IMG/VR virus record: IMGVR_UViG_3300028388_004019
Coordinates: 32,001-96,000 of that record
Length of the DNA stretch: 64,000 nucleotides
Strand: one strand, 5' to 3'
DNA from: a virus
The notes beneath the pieces are model-generated. The model was not told the origin of the DNA and searched no databases. It was given only the letters and a program-made list of their open reading frames with translations. This document shows positions 17,060 through 26,411 of the stretch, piece by piece. The translations under genes and the position numbers were made by a program. How positions within the stretch are numbered: position 1 is the first letter of the stretch; each line of letters opens with the position of its first letter.

Positions 17060-17986
17060 CTATTTCTCTAATGTGACGTAAGCATCTTCAGGTATCTGAC
17101 CTCGTAAGTCACCCAAATCTTTATCATCAGGTAACCTTACAATATCTATTCGACCATATAACTTTCCACCACTTAATTTATAATATATTTTCTTCGCATC
17201 TTCCCATGCGTCACCATCCAAACAAATGATGATTCTTCCTTTTGCATTATCATATAAAGTCTCCCACAACATATCAGATAAAAACTTACCCAACAACGGA
17301 ATGGAATTCGGCACGAAGAATCCATCAAAGACCCCTTCAACCAAATAAATGTCCTCCTCCCAATTGATACGACTTTCATTAAAGATAAGCAATTCTTTTG
17401 GAGCAACAGGGTTTTTATACTTAAATTTTGAGTATTTATCCCAACTCCTTGAAACGAAGTAGTTTAACTCACCGTCTTTATCATAAGATGGGACGATAAT
17501 ACGACCCGAATACTCACCCTCTAACGCGAAACCAATGTCATACTTCTCAATCATCTCATCAGTAATACCACGTCTCTTAAGATAATTGTATGCTTGAGCT
17601 CGAGGGGGGTACCTTTCATTAATATCTTTGAACTGTCTATATTCTTTGGGGATTCTTAGTTTTTGATATTCCTTTTCTCTCTTCTCGAAATCATCAGGAC
17701 GAACTAAGTTATAAAACTCCTTATCTTTCTTATTACCATATTGGTCAATAAGACGACCCAAGTGACCGTGAGTACCATGAGTTTCAGCACATGCCCAACA
17801 TTTATAAACGTGTTGACCATAGTTGATTTCGAGGTTTCCCTTTCCATCACCATGGTCCAACCCTTTAATGTCGTGAGAACATACAGGGCAGTCAAAAGAT
17901 ATCTGTCCAGTGACCTCGTTGTGTTTACGAGGGTCACCGAAGATACCTTCAACTAAATCTAAAACTAATGATTCATCTCTCTCCAT
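17060..17986 (-). CDS. dnaG: DNA primase (zinc-binding domain plus TOPRIM)
   Basis: CPVC...CWAC Zn finger, RIIVP, EGVFD and DGDA motifs. Confidence 0.9.
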   Translation of the reverse strand: MERDESLVLDLVEGIFGDPRKHNEVTGQISFDCPVCSHDIKGLDHGDGKGNLEINYGQHVYKCWACAETHGTHGHLGRLIDQYGNKKDKEFYNLVRPDDFEKREKEYQKLRIPKEYRQFKDINERYPPRAQAYNYLKRRGITDEMIEKYDIGFALEGEYSGRIIVPSYDKDGELNYFVSRSWDKYSKFKYKNPVAPKELLIFNESRINWEEDIYLVEGVFDGFFVPNSIPLLGKFLSDMLWETLYDNAKGRIIICLDGDAWEDAKKIYYKLSGGKLYGRIDIVRLPDDKDLGDLRGQIPEDAYVTLEK

Positions 17987-17990
17987 CAGA

Positions 17991-18023
17991 CAAAAGATAA
18001 GAATTTATTGGAGAGTAGTCAAA
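17991..18023 (-). promoter_or_regulatory. Bacteroidota-type promoter upstream of primase
   Basis: TTTG-N20-TATCTTTT (one mismatch to TAnnTTTG), immediately before the ATG. Confidence 0.45.
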
Positions 18024-18638
18024 CTAAAAGTTATAACCTAAGTTCTCTATTGTTTTTTTAGACTTTTCGAAAACCAACTCGATAGACCTATCGTTGGTGT
18101 ACATATCCCTGTAATTGTCAGGCTTTACGTAATTAAAATAATTTTTCCTGCTGTTCGTTTTATTATGATGTACCAATTCAACATTCCCAAAACCATTAAT
18201 TTCACAGAGGTAATCCCAATCCTTCTCTCTTTCTTCAAGTCTTAACCACTTATCAACCATAAAGTTATCATCATTAAATGTCATAACATCCTGAGGGTCA
18301 TAATCATGGTCAAGATAAAACTCAAAATTATCATACATTTCTATAGAATTAGTTTTACGAGTTTTCGCAATACGTTTAGTATCTATAAAATGAAAATACC
18401 TACTCACCGCATGTGACCATGGATTTCTAACCGTAGACATCTTAAACCAATTTTCTTTAACTTCATTGAAAAGTTGTTCATTTTGGTTCTTCAACATAGT
18501 ATAAGTCACGTGGGAACCATATTTCGACAACCATCTTGAGCCGACAGGACTATGTTTACCTAAGCAATAGTATAGGGACTCTCCACCTGTTTTCGGCACG
18601 TGTTGAATCAATGATTTATATTTTTCATTAAAAAACAT
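18024..18638 (-). CDS. sulfotransferase (Sulfotransfer_2-like)
   Basis: 5'-PAPS loop HVPKTGGES and 3'-phosphate motif VRNPWSHAVSRY. Confidence 0.8.
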   Translation of the reverse strand: MFFNEKYKSLIQHVPKTGGESLYYCLGKHSPVGSRWLSKYGSHVTYTMLKNQNEQLFNEVKENWFKMSTVRNPWSHAVSRYFHFIDTKRIAKTRKTNSIEMYDNFEFYLDHDYDPQDVMTFNDDNFMVDKWLRLEEREKDWDYLCEINGFGNVELVHHNKTNSRKNYFNYVKPDNYRDMYTNDRSIELVFEKSKKTIENLGYNF

Positions 18639-18639
18639 A

Positions 18640-19239
18640 TCACCAAAGACCTTGTTGTCTCATATAACCCTGAACACAGGTATAAGCATCCGCTTGGTCG
18701 AAACATTCTTTCTTCAAAGTGTTGTTTCTTGTATACAACCAAACAATCTGTGGTTCAGCCTCTGAAACCTTTTCCCATACAAGTAATTTCTTATCAATAT
18801 CTTTTGGAAGACCACCGAAAAGAACTTTTTTACCCTTACCGTTATCTTGTACCAATTCAGGCCAAGCAAACTTTCTTGAATTATAGGTTGAAATGTAATT
18901 AGGGATAATTCCCAATATATCATAGATGGATTTGGTAATCATTGAGTTATATCTCAACAGTGTCCCCACCGTCCACACGTTATTGGAATTCAATAATGGT
19001 TCCTCAATAATAACTTTGGTAATACCAATTTCTTTATACTCTTGTAGTTTTTCCTCGAACGCATCAACCTTTGCCAACAACTCCTCAATCTTATCTTCGG
19101 GTTTTGGTTTGATAACAGGTGAAACGTGAGTTAATTCCAACAACTTTTGTGTTTGGATGTCAAAAAGTGACCATCCAATTGTTTTGGTAGAAATGTCTAA
19201 CCCCAATACTTTTGGAGTATTCTTCAAATTATTTCTCAT
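18640..19239 (-). CDS. ruvC: RuvC-like Holliday junction resolvase
   Basis: VLGLDIST, IIEEP and DQADA acidic RNase H-fold motifs. Confidence 0.8.
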   Translation of the reverse strand: MRNNLKNTPKVLGLDISTKTIGWSLFDIQTQKLLELTHVSPVIKPKPEDKIEELLAKVDAFEEKLQEYKEIGITKVIIEEPLLNSNNVWTVGTLLRYNSMITKSIYDILGIIPNYISTYNSRKFAWPELVQDNGKGKKVLFGGLPKDIDKKLLVWEKVSEAEPQIVWLYTRNNTLKKECFDQADAYTCVQGYMRQQGLW

Positions 19240-19244
19240 ATTTT

Positions 19245-21449
19245 TTAGAAATCGAACTTTATCGTGTACTGTTGTACCCCTACTCTCTTTTCAGGGGATT
19301 GTACCTTAGATATAATCATAAGGTCTTTGTCCGAATTATAAAGTCCAACTTCAGTAACGTAAGGAGCGTTACCCGTCCATGTAGGATTTGAACTATCCAA
19401 GAATTGTGTCTGACCTAAGTTGACTTGATAGTTCATTACATAAATTGTGGCTGCAATATCGGACTTCAATGTTCCGTAGAAGAAAAATTCATCACCGAAG
19501 TTAAGTTGGGAGTCTCCCGTCTGTGGAATATCAATATAGTTTTCTAAGACATATGAAGAACCTCCATCAAAATTTTCTTTGGTGATTTGAAATGTTTTGG
19601 ATGCCATATTAGATTCAGAGATGTATGAACCTGAAGTTATACCTGAAATTTGTGATGTCATATCTATTTCAATCCATTCATCAGCTTCTGGTCTTTCACC
19701 AGTCGTAGTCTTCTGAACCAACAATACCAATTTGTTTGCACTGAAACCTGATGGATTTCCTGATGGTGAATCATCTAAGAATGGGAACTCCGCACCAAAA
19801 CTCACTGTCACATTTTTACTCGTTCCGTCACCACAACCCGCATCTTCACCAGTGATAGTGGTATAATAGTTACAGTGTAATGAATCTGTAAACGCGTCAT
19901 TGTTGAATCTATAAGTTACCCATAAAGTTTCATTGGACCCAGTCAATACTCCTTGAAACCCTGTAGTCACAGAGTCAGAATTTATTGGTGATATATACCC
20001 CAACTTAGGTGCTGGCAAAGTCCAATTTCTGTTCGATTTGTAGTTCAAAGCCGCCACCAACTCTTCGTCGTCAATCACAACAATTTTTAAGTCAGGGAAT
20101 ACTTTTCCTACTCTATTCGGGTAACCATTGATATCTGAATTAGTATCCCATAAATGGTAATATCTAATACCTGGCTCGTTCATATTAGAATTTGGTGTCG
20201 ACTCAATATAGTGAGGGGTGAATAAAGACAACGTATCGTAACCCGCAGGGTCAGTATAGAACGTTTCACCCATAGTATTTCCTGTTGACTTATGCCACAT
20301 CAACCATGGAATATCCAAATTGAAATTACGTGCAGCACCTGTATCACTTGATAATGACTTCGAAGTGTCTCTATTTTTTTGTGATAACTTTTCACCATAA
20401 AAGTTATCGATAGCGTTATTTGTATAGTGAATTATTGCAATGGCTTTTTGGTCTGAAGGAGAGACCTCAACTTTCTCGCTGAATGAATTGTAGTAATATG
20501 TGGAATCAGTATCAGTCTGACCACTATCACTGTTATAACCCAAATATTCTTTTGTACCTACATAACCTTTGGAACCGAAGTTGTTAAAATCTAAATCATC
20601 AATCGTAAAACCTGCAGGTGATTCAGTCCAAGGTGTGTTCATATTCCAAATTTTCACATCTTCACCTGTTGAACAATTTGTTTCGAAATTCAACTCTTGA
20701 TTCTGAATGTAAGATAAAGGAGTATTGGAATCATACATTTCCGTCATACCTGAAGGAAAGAAATATACTCGACCATCACCATTTAAAGACATCGTTGAAA
20801 AGTCAGGAAGATTTCTGTCAACTTCGACCGTCACAGTACCTGAAGTACCAGTAGTCGAGCCAGTGATTCCTTCCACCCTATATAATAAAACAGGAAAACT
20901 ACCTGACCATGTGTTACAATTTGCAGTACCGTCCATCCAAATTGAGACATAGTCACCAACAGCAGTATCTGCCGAGAATGATGTACTACAGTTTGAATAA
21001 GTCGCTTCAAAAGTTTTACCTGAGTTCAAAGTAGATAAATCAACAACCCAATTCGACGATTTCACATAAGTCGATGATGATTGATGATAAAACGAACCAG
21101 TGGTACCTGTAAAGAATCCTCTTGGTGACGCACTATTAAAAATTTCATCTACTTCAGGCTTTGAGAAAGGAATACCAAAATATGATGTCTTATTGGAATC
21201 AACATACAAAGGATATTTGATATTCATTTGGTTTTTCTCAGGAATAGAAGTTTTATTCTGAGCATTGAAAGAAGGTGATAATACTTCTAAGGTTGATAAG
21301 TCTATATTATCTATACAATCATAACAAACTTCACTATCACCAACTTGGAAATAACTGATGTTGAAATCTCCTCGTGAGATAGCTCTACGACCTGCATCAG
21401 TAATCACTGAGTTAATCAAAGCTGAAGTATCTTTTATAATGTATCCCAT
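19245..21449 (-). CDS. putative virion structural (baseplate or tail) protein
   Basis: C-terminal YVTEVGLY...LMIISKVQSP and N-terminal ITDAGRRAI resemble phage tail/baseplate protein motifs; TATTTAT motif upstream. Confidence 0.6.
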   Translation of the reverse strand: MGYIIKDTSALINSVITDAGRRAISRGDFNISYFQVGDSEVCYDCIDNIDLSTLEVLSPSFNAQNKTSIPEKNQMNIKYPLYVDSNKTSYFGIPFSKPEVDEIFNSASPRGFFTGTTGSFYHQSSSTYVKSSNWVVDLSTLNSGKTFEATYSNCSTSFSADTAVGDYVSIWMDGTANCNTWSGSFPVLLYRVEGITGSTTGTSGTVTVEVDRNLPDFSTMSLNGDGRVYFFPSGMTEMYDSNTPLSYIQNQELNFETNCSTGEDVKIWNMNTPWTESPAGFTIDDLDFNNFGSKGYVGTKEYLGYNSDSGQTDTDSTYYYNSFSEKVEVSPSDQKAIAIIHYTNNAIDNFYGEKLSQKNRDTSKSLSSDTGAARNFNLDIPWLMWHKSTGNTMGETFYTDPAGYDTLSLFTPHYIESTPNSNMNEPGIRYYHLWDTNSDINGYPNRVGKVFPDLKIVVIDDEELVAALNYKSNRNWTLPAPKLGYISPINSDSVTTGFQGVLTGSNETLWVTYRFNNDAFTDSLHCNYYTTITGEDAGCGDGTSKNVTVSFGAEFPFLDDSPSGNPSGFSANKLVLLVQKTTTGERPEADEWIEIDMTSQISGITSGSYISESNMASKTFQITKENFDGGSSYVLENYIDIPQTGDSQLNFGDEFFFYGTLKSDIAATIYVMNYQVNLGQTQFLDSSNPTWTGNAPYVTEVGLYNSDKDLMIISKVQSPEKRVGVQQYTIKFDF

Positions 21450-21455
21450 ATTCTT

Positions 21456-21462
21456 ATAAATA
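21456..21462 (-). promoter_or_regulatory. putative late-promoter motif TATTTAT
   Basis: 6 nt upstream of the ATG at 21449. Confidence 0.5.
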
Positions 21463-21477
21463 CCTTATCTAATTATT

Positions 21478-22890
21478 TTATGTACCTGACGGATAAGGAC
21501 TTGTTGAAATACTTTGATTAGTACCACCATTACCTGTCGCTGTACCACAATTGGTACCATTTATTGTCACATTCTGCACTCCGATACTGTAATAGTTATA
21601 ACCATATACAGGGCAGATATCACTCAGAGGATATGAATGTGATACTGTAAATGTATCAACACCACTAACAGAACCACCAGAAATCGTTACACTGACAGTT
21701 CTTGAGAATCCTGAGTATTTGTACCCTCCTGAAGATATTGGTGTTACAGTGTTACCTCCACAACTTCTGAAACCACCACTTACATTATTATACAATGTAC
21801 CAACAGTAAATGAAGCATTTCCTGAAGAAGTGACAGTAGAACCTGATGTAAACACAGCATTTTGAGAACCAAAATAATAATTTGTGAAATTATTATTGAT
21901 TTGTATATCAGCACTTATACTAACCCCACTCGGTAATGATGGAGTCACTGAGGCGGTCCAATTAACAGTCTTAGACTTGTTATATTGAGTGTTACTATTT
22001 GTACTTGTGGATGTTGTCAATTGAAGTGTATATGCCGTACTATTATTACCTGACCCTATACTAAAGTTTCTTGTAATAACATTCGGGTTTGCATCTTTGA
22101 TGTAAACCGTACCATTGCCCGCAGGTAAATTCAAGAATGTTGGAGAACTTTGGTAAGTAACTCCATCTAAAGAGTACACAATAGGTCCTACACCTCCCCA
22201 AGCCTGGACGGTGACTGTACCGTTATCAGCATTTACACATGTTTCGTCAGTCGTAGTAACAGTAGCGTTCAATCCTTGAGTTACACAAGTACCTGTTACC
22301 ATAGTCCAAGTGTTACTTGTACCCAATTCTGTCCATGTTCCAGTCGGAATGGTTATATTACTATTGAATACTAAATTAGCGCTTGTATAACCACTTAGTA
22401 CCCATCTTGTTCTTCCACTATCGTACACAACGTCATATGTTGTACCACTCCAAGATGGACGACCATTGATAACACCTTGGTAATCAAATTCATATTGAGT
22501 GTATGGTGATTGGTTTTTGGTCAAACACATATTCGATGGATATGTTGGTGCAGATGATGGTGTCGGTGTTGGTGTTGATGACGGAGTGATTGCTGGCGGT
22601 GGTCCTTCAACAACACAAGTTGCCGTTTGAATGAAATCACCATAATTGTCCGTGACCGTGGCAGTATATGTTCCCGGTACGATATTAGATAAAGTCGTTT
22701 CTCCAACATCACCTGTGGACCATTCAATACTATAAGGAGGAGTTCCACCAGTGATGAACAACTGCATAGAACCGTCATTACCAACTGCAGACGCATCGTT
22801 AGTCTCACAATCAACACCCAATGGGTAGACTGTAAAGATGTTGCAATTATTATTTGTTACTGTATCACTCATATTAACAACCTGACCCAA
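21478..22890 (-). CDS. virion-associated protein with SprB-like repeats and a short PT tract
   Basis: DGSMQLFITGGTPPYSIEWSTG...LSNIVPGTYTATVTD and a second TxETC..ADNGTVTV..GG..P..YSLDG unit. Confidence 0.65.
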   Translation of the reverse strand: MGQVVNMSDTVTNNNCNIFTVYPLGVDCETNDASAVGNDGSMQLFITGGTPPYSIEWSTGDVGETTLSNIVPGTYTATVTDNYGDFIQTATCVVEGPPPAITPSSTPTPTPSSAPTYPSNMCLTKNQSPYTQYEFDYQGVINGRPSWSGTTYDVVYDSGRTRWVLSGYTSANLVFNSNITIPTGTWTELGTSNTWTMVTGTCVTQGLNATVTTTDETCVNADNGTVTVQAWGGVGPIVYSLDGVTYQSSPTFLNLPAGNGTVYIKDANPNVITRNFSIGSGNNSTAYTLQLTTSTSTNSNTQYNKSKTVNWTASVTPSLPSGVSISADIQINNNFTNYYFGSQNAVFTSGSTVTSSGNASFTVGTLYNNVSGGFRSCGGNTVTPISSGGYKYSGFSRTVSVTISGGSVSGVDTFTVSHSYPLSDICPVYGYNYYSIGVQNVTINGTNCGTATGNGGTNQSISTSPYPSGT

Positions 22891-25066
22891 CTTGACATTC
22901 TAAAAATAGTACACCATTAGGTCCTACACTATAAATAGTAGAACCATCAGATATGAAAGTACCGTTTGCAACATATGTTGTCAAAGCACTATTATTATAT
23001 ACCACAACACCATTTGCAAGTGCATTTACAGAAGAATTAGTATAAACTACAGTCAATGGACCGAACAAAGTACATAGAGGACAATTAATACTTATAGACC
23101 TTTGCACATTCCATTGCGTAAACTGAGGAGCTAGAGTTGATTGTGTCAAACAGAATTCACCACTCCACGTATTATTTGTATTATCCGTGAAAAATTTAGA
23201 TGAGTTCACTTGAGTTGTTGCACTTGTACACTCGGCTTCAAAGTAATAGAAAGTTTTTCCGTTGGTTGTCGTAACAGTACTGTTTGTGGTTGCACTAAAG
23301 ACAAAACCTTGACCTGTCAACCATTGATTCTGTGGGTCTCGAGCCTCGAATGTTAGTACTTGGTTTGCAGATAGGGAAGGTACACCCCATGTAACTGTAT
23401 TATTCAAGTCATTTGCACACATTTTGACAGCATAAACATCACCAACGTTTATAGTACTATCAACAGTCGTTGAGTTCAGACTATTATTTGTAAATGACTT
23501 AGCAAAAGTGATATTACCGTTTACAGTAAATGAAGATGAACCTCCAGTGTTCTGATATTCAGTATATGACGCAATCACTGGACTATAGAAATTAAAATTC
23601 TCAATTTTTGTTTTGTAATCATTGAGATTTGTGACACCATTATTTAACCATGATGGATGAGTCGCAGGACCGGGACTAAACACAGTTAAACTACATGTGA
23701 TAGGTAAAGGTGTTGGCGTGGCAGCATTTAAATTACTATTACATATAGTACAATCATCAAACACTGTCGGACTTCCAAAAATATTAGTCGTGGAATTAGA
23801 GTAAATAAAACCTTGAGGCGGTACATACGGTTGATTGAATAAACCCACATATACATAACATACTCCTTGATATTGGAATGTTTTACCCACTGAAACATTT
23901 GGTACTGGTACATCTTGACTGATAATAATCGCAATTTCGGTTGTACATGCACTATAAACATGTGTCTGTGAAGGTACACCACCACTTGTAGACGGTGTGA
24001 TTGAAGCAGTGACACTTGGAGTTAAGGTAGGTGTCGGTGTTTGTGTCTGAGTATTTGTCGGCGTTTGGGTTGGCGTATGTGTCGGAGTAGGTGTCTGAGA
24101 TTGAGTAGGTGTTGGTGTTGGTGAAAGACAAACACAACCTGTGTCTGCATAAAAACTTCCACTTGAATCAGGTGTCAAAATTTGTACTCTGACCGCACAA
24201 ACATTGACGGCCGTATACTCATTTACAAATAAACTGTAGGTAATACCATCACAATCTTCAATCTCAAAATGTGTACCCCTTGTATAACCTCCATACAATT
24301 CAAAATTTGTACAACACGGTGTAGTAGAACTTGGTGTAGGTGTATGTGTTGGTGTGACCTCAGGTGTATCTGAAATTGTTGGCGTTGGTGTTTGACTAAC
24401 ACCTGGTGTATCCGATACAGAAACAGTTGGAGTATTAGTTGGTGTAACACTTGAAGTCATTGACTGAGTCAAAGTTGGCGTATTAGATGGTGTCACCGTA
24501 TTGGTTGGTGTATTAGATGCGGTAACAGATGGTGTGATACTTTGTGTAACTGTAGGAGTATGTGTTGGTGTGGGTGTCACAGTTTGTGTTCTCGTCAAAG
24601 TAGGTGTTGGTGAAGGTGTTTTAGTAGGTCTCGGTGTACCAGTCTGAGAAACACCAGGAGTTGGAGATAACGAAGCCGTAGGTGTGACATACGCAGTGAC
24701 AGAAGGTGTAGGAGTATTCGTCGGCGTTACTGAAGGAGTGGCCGTTTGACTTGGAGTTGGCGAAGGAGTAATCTGAATATCACTATTACAAATAGTACAT
24801 GTGGAGTGTGTATCATTGATACTATCAATATAAGAATCTGGAGAACCTGAAACATCACTATCATATCTCAAACATAATAATTGTTGTCCGTCAGCATTTG
24901 TGATATATGCGGAAAACACATCACCAATTTCTATAAGAGTTGAATTGTAAACTAACTCATCGGCCACATAAAATGTGTTATTAGTTGCACATTGTACAAG
25001 TTTTTTAACTGTATCACAATCTGTTGCCTCACGAAATATATTGAACCTTTTACTACCTGTTACCAT
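22874..25066 (-). CDS. Thr/Pro-rich mucin-like protein with Cys-rich modules (730 aa)
   Basis: TPTxTx tracts separated by short Cys-containing globular modules. Confidence 0.8.
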   Translation of the reverse strand: MVTGSKRFNIFREATDCDTVKKLVQCATNNTFYVADELVYNSTLIEIGDVFSAYITNADGQQLLCLRYDSDVSGSPDSYIDSINDTHSTCTICNSDIQITPSPTPSQTATPSVTPTNTPTPSVTAYVTPTASLSPTPGVSQTGTPRPTKTPSPTPTLTRTQTVTPTPTHTPTVTQSITPSVTASNTPTNTVTPSNTPTLTQSMTSSVTPTNTPTVSVSDTPGVSQTPTPTISDTPEVTPTHTPTPSSTTPCCTNFELYGGYTRGTHFEIEDCDGITYSLFVNEYTAVNVCAVRVQILTPDSSGSFYADTGCVCLSPTPTPTQSQTPTPTHTPTQTPTNTQTQTPTPTLTPSVTASITPSTSGGVPSQTHVYSACTTEIAIIISQDVPVPNVSVGKTFQYQGVCYVYVGLFNQPYVPPQGFIYSNSTTNIFGSPTVFDDCTICNSNLNAATPTPLPITCSLTVFSPGPATHPSWLNNGVTNLNDYKTKIENFNFYSPVIASYTEYQNTGGSSSFTVNGNITFAKSFTNNSLNSTTVDSTINVGDVYAVKMCANDLNNTVTWGVPSLSANQVLTFEARDPQNQWLTGQGFVFSATTNSTVTTTNGKTFYYFEAECTSATTQVNSSKFFTDNTNNTWSGEFCLTQSTLAPQFTQWNVQRSISINCPLCTLFGPLTVVYTNSSVNALANGVVVYNNSALTTYVANGTFISDGSTIYSVGPNGVLFLECQVGSGC

Positions 25067-25067
25067 C

Positions 25068-26345
25068 CTAATCTATCGTTCCTGCTTGCCAGTATTCATC
25101 TCCCGACAAATCTAAATTTATGTCATCACTTAGACCATTCACTATATGTAATTGAGTAGACCCTGTATCTGAAAAGTAAACAGAATTACCCGTCCATGCT
25201 GAAATAGATAGTTGTTCAGCAACTTTATCAATTCGATTTGCCAAACCTCGTACTGGTCTCCATACATAAGTATTTTCTGTGATGTACACTTTTATACTCT
25301 GACTTGCGAAAACTAATCCGACAATCTTTCTTGTACCTTCAATATCGGCCACTAATGCTGAGCCAGAATCCCCACCGTTTATAGGATAATAACACCAATA
25401 GTCCTCAGTGGTTGTTAATGCACTGGCACCAAATCTTATACAATCAGAGAAATAAATAACCTCCTCTACACCTTGATTATTATATTTGATAGTTATCGAA
25501 TGTGAAGTTGAATCAACAAATAGTTTACTATCACCTTCACCTTTTGGACCTGTAGTACGACCAGTACTGAATAAGTTGTTTCGATTGGTTAATAAACTGT
25601 CAATTTCTGATGTCGAAGCAAATTCCAAAGTGTCTAACCAATCATTCATCCCGTATTGTTTATACGAAACAGAATAATCAATATCAGATTCATTGATTGT
25701 TGTCAATGCAGCATCAACAGTATTATATTCAGGAGTACCACTCAACGGTACATACCTTTTAACTAAACCAATCGAATTTTGTAGTCCTCTATTACTACCA
25801 TCGTTAGGTTGAGTAACAAAATTATTACTTATACTTGTATGTGTTTTATCAGGGTTTCTCTCCGATGCTAAAAAAGCGTTTTTAACTAAAACATGGTTAT
25901 TACTTACACCAACCAATGAATTAGTATCAGTATCCACTGCTAAAAAACCTAAAGTACCCACATAATTACCTAAATTAGTATAGTTGGTTACTGAAATACC
26001 TCCTTGAAGTGGTCTGAATTTATCTCGATTACCAGGCGCCACCGAATCCCATGAGTAAAAATTGGATGGACACCATTGAGCATTTTCAAGACTGGCGAAT
26101 TCATATTTACCTTCTTCAACATCAGTGGGTAATAATTCCTCACCGACTTGTATTTCAGAAGGTAAAACCTCATCTTCAGGTATTTCATCGAGAGGTTTTT
26201 TCTTGATGACCGTAAAAACAATAGCATCTTCATTGGTGAGTTTACCACCAACTGTTTTTTTACCATAACCAACACCTACTACATCCTCGGGTGTTATACT
26301 ATGGTAGTGTTTAGTTATTTTGTTAATTATACTTTGGTCCATCAT
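25068..26345 (-). CDS. chymotrypsin-fold (S1/PA clan) serine protease with N-terminal pro-region
   Basis: Triad motifs in order: SNNHV (His), VDAAL (Asp), GGDSGS (Ser). Confidence 0.85.
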   Translation of the reverse strand: MMDQSIINKITKHYHSITPEDVVGVGYGKKTVGGKLTNEDAIVFTVIKKKPLDEIPEDEVLPSEIQVGEELLPTDVEEGKYEFASLENAQWCPSNFYSWDSVAPGNRDKFRPLQGGISVTNYTNLGNYVGTLGFLAVDTDTNSLVGVSNNHVLVKNAFLASERNPDKTHTSISNNFVTQPNDGSNRGLQNSIGLVKRYVPLSGTPEYNTVDAALTTINESDIDYSVSYKQYGMNDWLDTLEFASTSEIDSLLTNRNNLFSTGRTTGPKGEGDSKLFVDSTSHSITIKYNNQGVEEVIYFSDCIRFGASALTTTEDYWCYYPINGGDSGSALVADIEGTRKIVGLVFASQSIKVYITENTYVWRPVRGLANRIDKVAEQLSISAWTGNSVYFSDTGSTQLHIVNGLSDDINLDLSGDEYWQAGTID

Positions 26346-26350
26346 ATGTT

Positions 26351-26357
26351 ATAAATA
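26351..26357 (-). promoter_or_regulatory. putative late-promoter motif TATTTAT
   Basis: 5 nt upstream of the protease ATG. Confidence 0.5.
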
Positions 26358-26411
26358 TTAACCATTAGGTTTATATTTGCCATGTAGACACTTGTTATTT
26401 TTTTATTTCAT

